DNA of 64,000 bases from positions 20,345-84,344 of the forward strand of contig CAKKQC010000008.1 of the NCBI GenBank assembly GCA_919901855.1, given 5' to 3'. Position numbers and translations under genes: made by a program. The DNA is from a bacterium. Lineage in GTDB: Bacteria; Oederibacteriota; CAKKQC01. Below are positions 49,801 to 56,914 of this stretch, in pieces. The notes under the pieces are model-generated. The model did not search any database. It saw only the letters and a program-made list of their open reading frames with translations, and was not told the DNA's origin. Each line of letters opens with the position of its first letter. Within the stretch, counting starts at the first letter, position 1.

Positions 49801-52800
49801 AGGTGCCCCCCAGCAGGCTGACCGGCATCGCCGGCGTCGGCCCCGCCGTGAGTGCGGCGACGCCCGGGCCCGTCATCCGGATCGCCGCCGCGGTCACTCC
49901 CGTCGCGACGACATCACCCGTGTTCGTCACGGTCAGCGCGACCAGGAACTTCTGCGTCACGTTCCGCGGGGAGGGCCAAGCCGTCAGCGATGCGGCGAGA
50001 ACGGCCGGCCACTGGATCGCGGTTACGACCGCGACCGGACACGCGGTGCCGGTGGCCGTGAGCGTGAACTCGACCCACCCCTTGGCCGTGCACGACCAGG
50101 TCCAGGCGAATGTCTGGACGCCGCCGGGCGGGAGGAGCGCGGGGCCGGGCGGACTCGGGCCGGACACGAGGACGACGACAGAGGGGTCGGGACCCGGAGT
50201 GCATCCGGGCGCGACGGAAACCGGCGCCGCGCCGTTGTTGGTCGCGGTCAGCGTGACCGTGATCACGGATCCCGGCGGCGCGCCCCGCGGCGCCGATCCT
50301 GCGAGCCGAAGTGAGTCCGCGCCGTTGACCGTGACCACGGCCGCTTCCGACAGTCGCGGGGGGGTCCCCGTGCCATACCAAGCCGCCGCCCGGTTGGCCA
50401 CAGTGGCGCCCCCGGTCAGCGTCGAGGAGACCTTTACGCGGAACTCGAGCCAGGCCGACTTGCCCGGCGCGATCCGGTCCACGACCCACTTGAGGACGAG
50501 CGGCCCGGCGGTGCCGTCGGCCGGCTCCCCCGGGGTCCATGGCCCCGCGGCGGCGGTGGCCCACATGGACGAGACGAGTTGAGGCGTGCCCAGCCCGTCG
50601 GTCTGCGCCCAGAACCGCGTCCCCGGAGCGCGGTACCGGGTGCCGTTCGGCAGGGTGTCCAGGAGAACGAGGTTCAGCGCGGTCGACAGCCCGATTTTGC
50701 TCCACGACACCGTGTAGGTCAGCACGCCGCCGGCGCAGACGGGCGAGGGATCCACACGCTTGTGCAGAGCCAGCCCCTGCGATCCCGTAATCGTGAGGCT
50801 GAACTGCATCCCGGTCAGCCCGGTCGCGCTCACGGAGAAGACGACGAGATGGTTTCCCTCGACGGACGAGAGCATCGCCGTGCACGAGAAGGCCGCGGGA
50901 CAGCCCGTGGTCTTTCCCCACGCCGGCGCGAGACTGGCCCCCGGGCCGGGCCACGCGACCAGCCTGCCCGACACGGGCACGTTCCGGATCGGGTTCCCCG
51001 AGGCGTCACGAACCACGACGGTGACGGCCGACTTCGAGCCCGCCTCCTGCGGGTTGGGCGACGCCGTCGCCTCGATGGTCGCCGGGATTCCGACCGCGGG
51101 CCGGTAGGCGGGGAGGGGGATCTGGGTGACCGTCCCGCCGTTGTCCATGAACTTCGCCGTCGGCACGAACAGCGTCGCCGAGAACTCGAGCTGGGCGCAG
51201 TAGTCGACCGAGTACAGGGCCAGCCGGCTCGTGATCGGATTCGCCGCCATCGGCACCGTGTCCTTCGTGGTCCCCGGCCCCATGATCTCGACCACGGCGC
51301 CCGTGATCGTGACGGCATCCCGGTCGTCCGCGAGGACCGTAAACGTCACGGTCCCGGGCGTGGCCGGGGTGAAGACGTGCCGGGCCACCGGGTTCGTCCC
51401 CGACGCGTCCGAGAGGATCGTCTTCGAGTCGCGCAGGCACACGCTCGCGGCGTACCAGGGCTTCGTCGCGATCCCGCCCAGCGCCTGGTACGCGTTCACG
51501 CGCCCGTACCCCATGTGCATCTCCCAGCCGTCGGCGTTGTACGGCGCGGCGCCGGGCGCCGGCACCTTGTCGGCGGTCCGCGTTAGCCGGCGGTAGACGG
51601 TCTCGGGCGCCCAGTCCGGGTTCTGCCCGAGGACGAGCGTCGCGACGCCGGCCGCGTTCGGCGACGCCATCGAGGTCCCGCCCTCGTCGAGATAGCCGCC
51701 GTTGAACCAGGTGCTGATCACGCGCAGGGGCCACATCCCCTCGCCGGTCGCCACGACGTCGAGCTGGGGACCGTAGTTCGAGTAATACGCGAGGGTGTCG
51801 GTCCGCTCCACGGATCCGACCGCGATGCACTCGGGGTACCACGCGGGATAGCTGACGGCCATCTGGCCGTTGTTCCCGCTCGCCGCCACGAGCACGATCC
51901 CCTCGGCCGCCAGCGCGCGGAGCATGGCCTGCTCGGCGCTGGACCCGCTCGCACTCCCGAGGCTCATGTTAACGACGTTCGCCCCGTTCTGCCGGGCGAA
52001 GTCGAGTCCCTGCACGACCGCCCACGTCGTGCCCCAACCGGAGCCGGTCAGCACCTTGACCGGCATGATCTTGGGCTCCCACGTCATCCCCGCCACGCCG
52101 AGGCCGTTGTTGGCGGCCGCCCCCATGATCCCGCCCACGTGCGTCCCGTGCCCGTTGTCGTCCATCGGATCGTTGTCGTTGTTGGCGAAGTCCCAGCCCA
52201 CGATCCGGCCCCCGGCGAATGCCGGCCCCGGCCCCGTCGGCGTCACAAGGATCCGCGTGGCCCCGCCGCCGAGCTGGAAGTCCTCGTGGTCGTACCTGAC
52301 CCCGGTATCCACGTCGGCCATGATCTGGTCGGCCGTCCCCTTCGACCCCACGAGGTCAGGGTCGTTCCAGGCGCGGTCCGCTTCCATATTGACGAGCGAG
52401 AATTGCCCGTACCCGGGCGCGGCAGCCTGCTGGTAGTAGGGATCGTTCGGCACGGGGTAGACGAACTGCCGGACGTAGACGTTGGGCTCGGCCCATTCGA
52501 TGTCCGGATCCACGGCGAGCCGGTCGAGCGCGCGCGCCAGCGCCTGGCCGTTCCCCACCGTCACCAGGTGGGCGCCGATTCGGTCGATCCGCCCCCCGGG
52601 GGTGAGTCCGTGCCGGGCAAAAGCAGCCTCCCGGCCGGCCGGTGTGACCCGGTCTCCGAACTTGAGGATGATCTGGCCCGGCACCACGGGCGTCCGCGCG
52701 CCCTGCCAGGTCATCTCCTCGGAGCCGGGAGGCCGGCCTGCGGCCCAAACGGTCGCAGAAGAGCCGGCGATTGGAGACGCAGCCCCGGACGCTCCCAACC

Positions 52801-52846
52801 CCAGCACCGCCACGGCCACGGAGAGGCGACATGGACCCCAGGTCAT
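37883..52846 (-). CDS. Giant (~4990 aa) secreted S8 subtilase / DUF11 / triple beta-propeller / Ig-repeat surface protein with FlgD-Ig/T9SS-CTD-like C-terminus
   Basis: Signal peptide; prodomain (VPGQIILKF..WAEPN); triad DVDTG, HGTHVGG, GTSMASP; about 20 TVTN(T/S)G Ig modules; 4 DUF11-like units; three 7-bladed W..TY..D.A..VAVD..GN repeats; CTD FPNPF..WDGKN.RG..VAAGVY. Start uncertain (52846 or 52912). Confidence 0.88.
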   Translation of the reverse strand: MTWGPCRLSVAVAVLGLGASGAASPIAGSSATVWAAGRPPGSEEMTWQGARTPVVPGQIILKFGDRVTPAGREAAFARHGLTPGGRIDRIGAHLVTVGNGQALARALDRLAVDPDIEWAEPNVYVRQFVYPVPNDPYYQQAAAPGYGQFSLVNMEADRAWNDPDLVGSKGTADQIMADVDTGVRYDHEDFQLGGGATRILVTPTGPGPAFAGGRIVGWDFANNDNDPMDDNGHGTHVGGIMGAAANNGLGVAGMTWEPKIMPVKVLTGSGWGTTWAVVQGLDFARQNGANVVNMSLGSASGSSAEQAMLRALAAEGIVLVAASGNNGQMAVSYPAWYPECIAVGSVERTDTLAYYSNYGPQLDVVATGEGMWPLRVISTWFNGGYLDEGGTSMASPNAAGVATLVLGQNPDWAPETVYRRLTRTADKVPAPGAAPYNADGWEMHMGYGRVNAYQALGGIATKPWYAASVCLRDSKTILSDASGTNPVARHVFTPATPGTVTFTVLADDRDAVTITGAVVEIMGPGTTKDTVPMAANPITSRLALYSVDYCAQLEFSATLFVPTAKFMDNGGTVTQIPLPAYRPAVGIPATIEATASPNPQEAGSKSAVTVVVRDASGNPIRNVPVSGRLVAWPGPGASLAPAWGKTTGCPAAFSCTAMLSSVEGNHLVVFSVSATGLTGMQFSLTITGSQGLALHKRVDPSPVCAGGVLTYTVSWSKIGLSTALNLVLLDTLPNGTRYRAPGTRFWAQTDGLGTPQLVSSMWATAAAGPWTPGEPADGTAGPLVLKWVVDRIAPGKSAWLEFRVKVSSTLTGGATVANRAAAWYGTGTPPRLSEAAVVTVNGADSLRLAGSAPRGAPPGSVITVTLTATNNGAAPVSVAPGCTPGPDPSVVVLVSGPSPPGPALLPPGGVQTFAWTWSCTAKGWVEFTLTATGTACPVAVVTAIQWPAVLAASLTAWPSPRNVTQKFLVALTVTNTGDVVATGVTAAAIRMTGPGVAALTAGPTPAMPVSLLGGTSVTFTWTYTAVAAGPVVFSTTVTATDPAFGSSLRAGPVVSNVELIQTPAALAGSPATASPDPVCVGGVVSVVLTVTNTGGATLGAVTGSPNLRVEGTGAAVRLTNPASIPALAGGASANLTWTYSPTAPGTLKFTATITALDANSSATVSTGPRSSNPITVPASGAFAVALAVPPACTAGQWITIALTVTNSGGAAAGNVVPALQFNAGEGLLTWESGPVPAPPVALGAGAAQTFVWTYSVAGTGSVNVTGTATGQHAVSGCSFAASATSSFGALSGAALTAALSFVPSPVEVGYQFTALLLVTNSGDADATGVLPSIGFDAGAALAGYASGPVPAGPVTIAAGKAQTFVWTYNALATGTVAMAGTATGTDLLSGGPVAAGDSGSVTIVPPSVACPSSEQWTRTYAGTPALGWAGARDVAYDSLKNVIVVGDTDPGDWEIRKFTSAGVLVWERTYDSPASGVDIAYGVAVDSGDNIVVCGIEDRPDLVQGGDWRIRKYDSGGTLLWSVSYASPGWQDDVAYDVAVEGADNVVVAGMETRYDLGTETNWLTRKYDSAGALLWSVSYTSEPTGFSFDTAYAVAVDGSGNSVVAGEYFDPVGFSSNALVLKYDSSGTLLWSRTYDGPLGQGDAGFGVAVDPSQNVIVAGYEIGPSFNAVWRVCKYDGAGQTIWTKAYAVPGQDVLAYSAASDAYGNVIVLGIEDRADLGQDWNWRVRKYDPGGNLVWEDTYDSPAHDTDDAWGVATAPGGVFALAGTSWDIAATDLVVRQYGPGPSLSAAGSVAPSSVNVGVPAVVTLTVSNTGCDTLSGVTPAIVVAPGAGLVSLSSGPVPASVGFMAPGASATFTWTYDTIAAGTATFTMTASGIDVVTAAGLQASATAVLTIGTPPPPGACGPPAIIWSRTYNNVVNGDDDVEAVAMDAAGNVIVGGREQYAGPSFGWLLRKFDANGNVQWTQTYRNAYAAHDFLHAVAVNPLTAAVVAVGMEEVSAGNFNWMIRKYDSAGIFGWAATYTSPGTVADSPQGVAVDASGNVYAVGHETRAGQSNNWLIRKYTSAGGLVWSVSYNGAANGADIAWAVAVDPAGNPVVAGQETVAGQGMNWLVRKYDTGGNVLWNAGYNGAANGDDVARGVACDPSGSVYVAGYLTVTGQGTNWIMRKYAPGGALLWTVTYNGAANGADEAYAVCVDGAGDAVVAGMENVTGQLTNWLMRMYGPGGTLAWSVTYNNPSSADDALYGCAVSPDGLTVAAGGMEWRNDILQAPNWLVRKYVTVAAAHLAGSAAVTPSTATAGDPVEVVLTVTNTGCDTLTGVTPAIVVAPGAALVSLSSGPVPASIASLAPGSSASFTWTYSTLAAGTTVFTLTASGTDTGGGGPVAASGTAQLQIFPPAPPSCAPVLSWSRTFNDPVNGTEVVSGVAMDGAGNAVIAGWDQYAGPSFQWRVRRYDPDGNLQWDRTYKNAAARYDFPYAVAIDAANGDAVVAGREEVSPADYNWMIRRYDLAGNLVWSRTYSSAGVASDESRGVAVDAGGNAWVAGWEAAGGQGLNVLLRKYSNTGALLWSGGYNGPASGSDEAWAVAVDSSGNPVVAGMETVTGQGFNWLVRKYDASGALLWSRTYNGPANGDDFACGVAVDGSGNAYVAGVETRTDVGQGRNWLVRKYDASGNLLWSQGYNGAANLADEADACAVDGNGDVVVGGMETVTGQGMNWLIRKYAAGGTLVWSVTHSSPGSTDDYVMACAVPADGHALIAAGTATRADLGQSQNWLIRRYVTMGLGVAASVSASVISVGEWSRVALTVTNTGCTDLVNVTPALAMGPGAALAAVLDGPTPPFAGSLAPGASATFAWTVSGSAAGTVHFTLTAVGVDTGLSGTVTGVAAADLVIQLPRKRILFYGPDAGGLAATTPGITITVWNEATWATKTTADFAAFDAIVFGDQPACHASATIWDAAIATRDVWSLAVTGNVILMGASPDAAGKSELVHQAVLFAAERGAPATGLYASLSCAYEGAAPVAVDLLAGLGDFTTAAIGATVCVDAAHKVADHPALAAIDDAYLSNWGCSTREGFLDWPAGYMPLAVALWGTVWTACDGTAGTPYLLASGVAPSCPTPVVHKTVSPDRYACGDSVLTYRVAWSNAGAATVYGLTLTDTLPAGLTVVAPSFGSWLGADWLGVPAVTASAWAASVAGPWTPGEPPDATAPPVILRWVVNRVAPGQSGWLEFRASVASAVPVATVIANRASATQAGDCRVYDTEEAAVYRGAVELTMTPSAWAVTAGAPVTYTIAFGNACLVTAANLALWDTLPPGTVFVAASDGGVFDGTKVDWSLPSLDPGMAGFVTLTVSVTGASAPVGPNVARLDYTDPPGTPLSGVTSNTVWVDVVWGLPVVHKSVEPPGEVCAGSILAYTLSWSNAGVATVLELVLLDTLPGGVAWIAPSVVYTAGADGWGTPAPAASAYAASAAGPWTAGEPPDGAGSPLVLRWIVDRVAPGATGSLQFQVRVSSTLSTGTVIANAALATMANGATTYATEAASSTVVTAGVLEVAAASTPRVSVGQWVTVCLTVTNTGGSAVDGIMPDVAAGPGAELVVPESGPSPPGPVTLAPGSATTFTWTFSASGAGLAGFTATASGSTCAGTAVLAATAASTTIQVPARLDATLIAWPASVCAGGSFLVTLTVTNTGEADATGVASEPLLETGGAAAPGSGPSPAFPVILPGGGAMTFTWTYAGTAPGVSALTATVTGADANSGAPLTTGPVQSGTVAVLAPGTLEAAASAPVAVSTGEWFQVTVTATNTGAAGVTGVVAALAAGPGAALLSAALGPEPPGPVTLAGLAAQTFVWSFTATGTGPVVFSATVAGVTCGSTALTATALVASTVQAPAALGATLTVLADGVCIGDTFLVTLTVTNAGEAAAAGVTPAIGGEPGVVFVAGPWPAPPAGVPGGGSVVFTWTLSGASPGAAGFTATVTGTDADSGAAIATGPLTAGPVTVRAPGVLVSAASAGLVVSAGQWLTVALTVTNEGGSDVRNVTPSIAVGPGAGLVAPESAPSGPLTLTAGGATTFAWTWSAAGAGLIRFTMTASGDTCEATVLLATGSVSATVQVPASLEAALRAFPSPRDTGQGFLVTLTVTNTGQAGATSVAPAMPFASGTGAAVLADGPFPSIPVPLAGGAAVTFTWTYVGTAPGWVDFTTTVTAADANAGWPLAAGPAASGSVLIQAPAALQASLACLSATVCAGGTVLVTLTVTNTGGAAASLVTTAAFRASGGGTASPVAGPFPAMPASLSGGASAVFTWTFSGASPGALTLSTTVSGADANTGGGLSTGPVPAAAIAVVLPPTLAVSASVPAAVVTGQWLTVGVTVTNTGGSALFGATPAIAAGPGAGLVVPVSAPSGPLTLAPGGATTFAWTWSASGTGSVTFTMTVAGAGACGPAQVSATTTTTVETPAGLQASLVAAPTRVSVGQAVRVTLTVTNTGGGSANLAAAPVQPDGPFVTWSSGPTPAFPAVLAGGASRTFTWVFQAAAPGGLDFTATLAGTDAVSGLPLSPGMLVSGTVLIQTPALLRAALAVYSTTVCTGTGILVTLTLTNTGQADAAGVATPAPAAIGAGAAAVAGPLPPFPAVVPGGTAMTFTWTFTGSTSGRAIWTVTPAGTDANSGAAVAAPAAAGPSWFLTSAAFGLSIGAPATVAIGQCFTAVLPVTNTGGSAATGVSPVLAVSPALGAVAGPTGPAPPGPVTLAPGDTVGFVWTFTATGPGVVTLTFTVTGVSACGPATASLVRSITVQAGPVLSASLVATPSVAGVDAVISVVMTVSNTGGMTVNGVSPTAIAVTGDGGVAWMSGPQPVGATILPGTCRAFTWTYRTMRGGTVTFRAGATGANAPLVAPVASNPVVIVEAGGSLVDGRIFPNPFHWRDALGGTLKFRHLPPFTEIRLYSTAAELIRRLTADVNGSAAWDGKNTRGAHVAAGVYFYVFEAPSGSREIGKIQVKP

Positions 52847-52940
52847 GTCACCAGCATCATCGCACACCCCTCGCGGCCGTGCGCTGCCCCCGGGCCACCC
52901 ACGGCAGGTCATTGGAGCATAATGGAGGCGGGGACAGGGA

Positions 52941-55900
52941 ATGACAGCCAGGACGGATTCCGGAGCGGGACAGGGCAGGGGAGCGTGGCTGGCGCTGCTG
53001 GGCGTTGCGATGCTCGCGGCCTCCCCCGTCCGGGCGATCAAGGTCACGGCGGTCACGGTGGATCTCGAGCCCGGGGGCAGCGGGCCATGGACGATCGGCA
53101 TCACGCCGGCCACCCCGATCCACACCGGCGACTGGATCCGGGTCAACCTCACGCTTGAGAACGACACGGGCCTGATCGGCAACTCCGTCGTGGACATGGG
53201 GAGCTCCTGTCCGCCCGTTCCCTACACGTGTCCACCGGGGCCGCCCACGAACACCCTGACCGCCTTCGATCCGTTCGACTGGGTGGCCAACAACGACGGC
53301 GCCTCGGGGCAGTGGCCGGGCCAGTACTGGGTCTGGCCGTACGCTCCCCCGCCGAGCGAGTCGTGCGGCTACTTCCCGGGAAGCCCGTCGGCTCCGCTGA
53401 GCCTCGTGAGCGCCGACCCTATCATGACCTTCGCCTACAACGGCTACACGTACGCCCCGAACGCGGCGAACGACACGGAGACGGTCTCGTGGGTCTTCCG
53501 GGCCGACCTCGCGGCCTGCGGCGTCGACCTCGACATCTACGCCATGGATCAGGACGACTTCACGGGCGGCTGGAGCCACGCCCCCACGGAGGGGAGCTGG
53601 CGGGACGCCGGATGCGCCCTGACGACTGACGGCTCGGCGCACAACGTACTGGCGGCCGCCTGGGGCGGCACGCTCTGCCTGCTGCCTCCGGTCAGCGTGA
53701 CCGCGGCCGTCGTCGTCACGAGCACGGGCACGCGGCCGGCCGGCGTCGCCTTCGTCGGCGACTCGGTCGAGATCCGGGTGGACGCAACCAACGGCATCGC
53801 CTCGCCGGTCGTGGTCAACCCGGGGCAGGCCTGCCTCGGACTCGACGCGGCGCCCCTGACCGCCCCCTCCGTCTGCCCCGTCTCCATGGACGCGAAGGGC
53901 GGATGCCTCCCGGGCCGCACCGAGGCCGGCTCGCCCGTCCTCCCGGACACGATCCCCGTGGGGGCCACCCACCGGTTCACGTGGACGGAGACGATCATGG
54001 GAGCGAACGTCTGCGGCGCGTTCGGCGGCTGCACGGCCGGCGGCGCGGGCTCGGGCGCGGCCTCCTGGACCGCCGTCGTCGCCTCGACCGCGACGACGGC
54101 CGCCCTCACGGTCCAGCGCGGGCCGATCGAGATCACGGCGACCGTGTGGGTGGACCCGGACGGGGCCGGGATCGTCTACGGCGCGTCGCCTCTGGGCGTT
54201 ATCGCGCCGGGGTCGAGCGAGGCAGGCCCCTTCTATTACATGGGTGCCGAGACGCTCGAGACCAGGTTCACGTACCGGAACACCTCCGGGTACACGTTCG
54301 ACATCACCCCCGCGATCATGCCGAGCAACGTCGCGACCGAGGTGGACCTGGTCGGAGGCCCGACCCCGGCCGGCGCCTTGACACTCGCACCAGGTGCGAG
54401 TGTCTCGGCCACGTGGACGTGGGCCAAGCGCCCCGGCGGCGGGCTCGACGGGTGCACAACCGCGACCTACGACCTCGAGTTCACCTCCGCGGCGCGCGGG
54501 AACTGCCTGACCCAGTCCGTCCAGGCCAGGGACCTGCCGTTCCATCCGTACGACGTCTGCGCCGGCGGCTGCTCGCCGCCGGGGTCGCGGGCGCTGACCT
54601 TCGTCGTCCCCGCCAATGTCAACACGGGATCCGACTACCCCGTCGTCCTGCACGCGAGGAACACGGACAGCCGGCCGTTCGTGTTTGAATCCCCCCCGGG
54701 CGCGGTCTGGATTTCGTACACGCCGTCCCCGGGAACCGCGACCCCGGTGTCCTCCCCTCCCGTACCGCCCCCGCTCTACGCGTGGAACCCCGGTGAGACG
54801 AAGTCGTTCACCTGGACCTACCACGCCGACACGGACGGCGCGGTCCAGTACTGCGCCGGCATCGACTTCGCGGCGGGCTCGCCGCCATGCCATGGCGCCT
54901 GCCTCGAGACCCCCCCGTACTGCGGGTCGTCGTTCGGCTTCGTCCAGCAATCCACCCCGGGCGCCCTCGAGATCACGAGCTTCGCGGCCTCATCCGCGGT
55001 CGCCGTCGCCGGCCTGGACGGGGCCTTCAACCTCCAGATGAACCTGAGGAACAACGGGGCCGACTGCCTCCGCGTCATCGGCTTCTGCTCGCTCGGTTAC
55101 CCGGATGTCCAGCCGACGGGCAACGCGTGGGACGCAGCCTCGCCCCCCGCCCCGTCCGCGTCTCCCAACCCCGCGGTGCCCTTCATCATCCAGCCCGGCG
55201 CCACCCAGCTCGTGACCTGGTACATGACCGCAAACTGCCCCGACGCCACGTCGGGCGCGATCTCTTTCGCGTGCGGCTCATCCATGGTCAAGGCCGAGAG
55301 CATCGATTGCGTGACGAAGGCGGTCATCACCCCGTCCGTGGTCGCGGACTGGACCGGCCCCCCCCTGCCGCCGGTCCAGATGACCTCGGCTGCGTACCTG
55401 TCGGCGTCCATCTGGACGGACCAGGCCCAGTACTCGATGGGGCAGGTCGTCACCGTGTTCCTGAGCGTGTCGAACTCGGGCGGCAACGACGTGACTGCGC
55501 TCGGCATCACGATGACCCCGAACACGTTCGCGGGCGCCGCCGTCGTCGCCGTCGCGGGGCCGGTCCCCGCCGTGCCCGCGACGTACCCGGGGAGCGGCCA
55601 GTGCACGTCCCCCGAGCCGTATAACTCCCGCACGACCTTCGTCTGGAACTACACGGTCGCGGCCGCGGGGTTCGTCAGTTTCACCGCCAAGGCGGTGGGC
55701 ACGGATGGCATCTCCGGGCTCGACGTCGGGACGACCGCCACGACATCCAAGGCCGGACTCAGCACCGGCTCGGGACTCGAGTGCGCGATCCTGGCCCCGC
55801 CCGTGGACGTGGTCACGATGACGGCCACGTGCGCCGGCTGTCCGGCAGTCTCCAACTGCGATTCCACCACCGGGAACGGCTGTCTCGACATCGTAATGGC

Positions 55901-56897
55901 GGCGTCGAACCTGGGCGGCATCGACCTCGTGAACGCGACGGTGTCGCAGGGGACGGCGGTGCTCAAATCCTGCGCGCCCGGCTCGTGCGCCGCGCCGGGT
56001 GTCTTCCCCGCGACAGCCTGCCCCGCGCCCACGTGCGAGCCCGCGGAAGCGACCGTCCCCGGGACGATCCCGGCCGGATCGACGCGCAACTACACGTGGC
56101 GGTACGATCCGGCCGGTCTCGGGTGCGTGCGCGCGCTGGCCCAGGTGAGCGGCTTCGACGGGGCCACGGGGGCGCCCCTGCTCCAGAGCGCGTGGGGCCC
56201 GTGCGTCGAGATACTGCCCCGCTGGCCGGTCGAACTCACGCTGCTGTCCGCCCCGCCGCAGATCGCCCCCGGCCAGCGGTTCGAGATCCCGGTCCGCGCG
56301 TGCAACCCGGGGATGACCCCGGTGGCCCTCCAGGGCGGCCAGCCGGCCCTCCAGTTCTCGCTCGGGGGCGCGGCCGTCACCGACCAGTACGACACCGACC
56401 CGCCCCCCTCCGGCACCATCGCGGTCGGCGGGTGCCGGGACCTCGCCATCGGGGTGGTCGCGCGGCGGGACGCGACGCCGGGCGTCGTCACCATCCGCGT
56501 CCCCCAGGGCTCGCAGTACGTGGCGATGGACGCAACGACCGGACTGCCCGTCACCGCCCTCGACGGGGGGGGCGCGCTGACCATCCGGGTCTCCGATCCC
56601 CGGAGCCGCCTCTTCGTCACGGGAGAGCATCCCGTCCATATCCTCCGCGATCCCGCGCTCCTCGAGTACGTGCTCGCGGACGCCGGCCGGGGCAACGGCC
56701 GGCTGACCCTCAGGATCTACACCCTGACGGGCGAAATGGTCCGCTCGCTCGTCGACAAACCCGCGGTCATCGAGGATTGCGTGGTGCCCTGGGACGGCCG
56801 GAATGCCGCCGGCCAGCTCTGCGCCGGCGGCGTCTACCTCGCCAGGCTGGAGGCCCCCGGCTTCTCCACCACCGCCAAGGTCGCGATAGTCAAGTAG
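52941..56897 (+). CDS. Secreted Cys-rich Ig-repeat protein with FlgD-Ig/T9SS-CTD-like C-terminus
   Basis: Signal peptide (AWLALLGVAMLAASPVRA); repeated ..N..G..L.PG....FTWTY modules; CTD IYTLTGEMVRSL..WDGRNAAG..CAGGVY..KVAIVK. Confidence 0.8.
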   Translation: MTARTDSGAGQGRGAWLALLGVAMLAASPVRAIKVTAVTVDLEPGGSGPWTIGITPATPIHTGDWIRVNLTLENDTGLIGNSVVDMGSSCPPVPYTCPPGPPTNTLTAFDPFDWVANNDGASGQWPGQYWVWPYAPPPSESCGYFPGSPSAPLSLVSADPIMTFAYNGYTYAPNAANDTETVSWVFRADLAACGVDLDIYAMDQDDFTGGWSHAPTEGSWRDAGCALTTDGSAHNVLAAAWGGTLCLLPPVSVTAAVVVTSTGTRPAGVAFVGDSVEIRVDATNGIASPVVVNPGQACLGLDAAPLTAPSVCPVSMDAKGGCLPGRTEAGSPVLPDTIPVGATHRFTWTETIMGANVCGAFGGCTAGGAGSGAASWTAVVASTATTAALTVQRGPIEITATVWVDPDGAGIVYGASPLGVIAPGSSEAGPFYYMGAETLETRFTYRNTSGYTFDITPAIMPSNVATEVDLVGGPTPAGALTLAPGASVSATWTWAKRPGGGLDGCTTATYDLEFTSAARGNCLTQSVQARDLPFHPYDVCAGGCSPPGSRALTFVVPANVNTGSDYPVVLHARNTDSRPFVFESPPGAVWISYTPSPGTATPVSSPPVPPPLYAWNPGETKSFTWTYHADTDGAVQYCAGIDFAAGSPPCHGACLETPPYCGSSFGFVQQSTPGALEITSFAASSAVAVAGLDGAFNLQMNLRNNGADCLRVIGFCSLGYPDVQPTGNAWDAASPPAPSASPNPAVPFIIQPGATQLVTWYMTANCPDATSGAISFACGSSMVKAESIDCVTKAVITPSVVADWTGPPLPPVQMTSAAYLSASIWTDQAQYSMGQVVTVFLSVSNSGGNDVTALGITMTPNTFAGAAVVAVAGPVPAVPATYPGSGQCTSPEPYNSRTTFVWNYTVAAAGFVSFTAKAVGTDGISGLDVGTTATTSKAGLSTGSGLECAILAPPVDVVTMTATCAGCPAVSNCDSTTGNGCLDIVMAASNLGGIDLVNATVSQGTAVLKSCAPGSCAAPGVFPATACPAPTCEPAEATVPGTIPAGSTRNYTWRYDPAGLGCVRALAQVSGFDGATGAPLLQSAWGPCVEILPRWPVELTLLSAPPQIAPGQRFEIPVRACNPGMTPVALQGGQPALQFSLGGAAVTDQYDTDPPPSGTIAVGGCRDLAIGVVARRDATPGVVTIRVPQGSQYVAMDATTGLPVTALDGGGALTIRVSDPRSRLFVTGEHPVHILRDPALLEYVLADAGRGNGRLTLRIYTLTGEMVRSLVDKPAVIEDCVVPWDGRNAAGQLCAGGVYLARLEAPGFSTTAKVAIVK

Positions 56898-56914
56898 CTC
56901 CCGCCCTGCATTCG

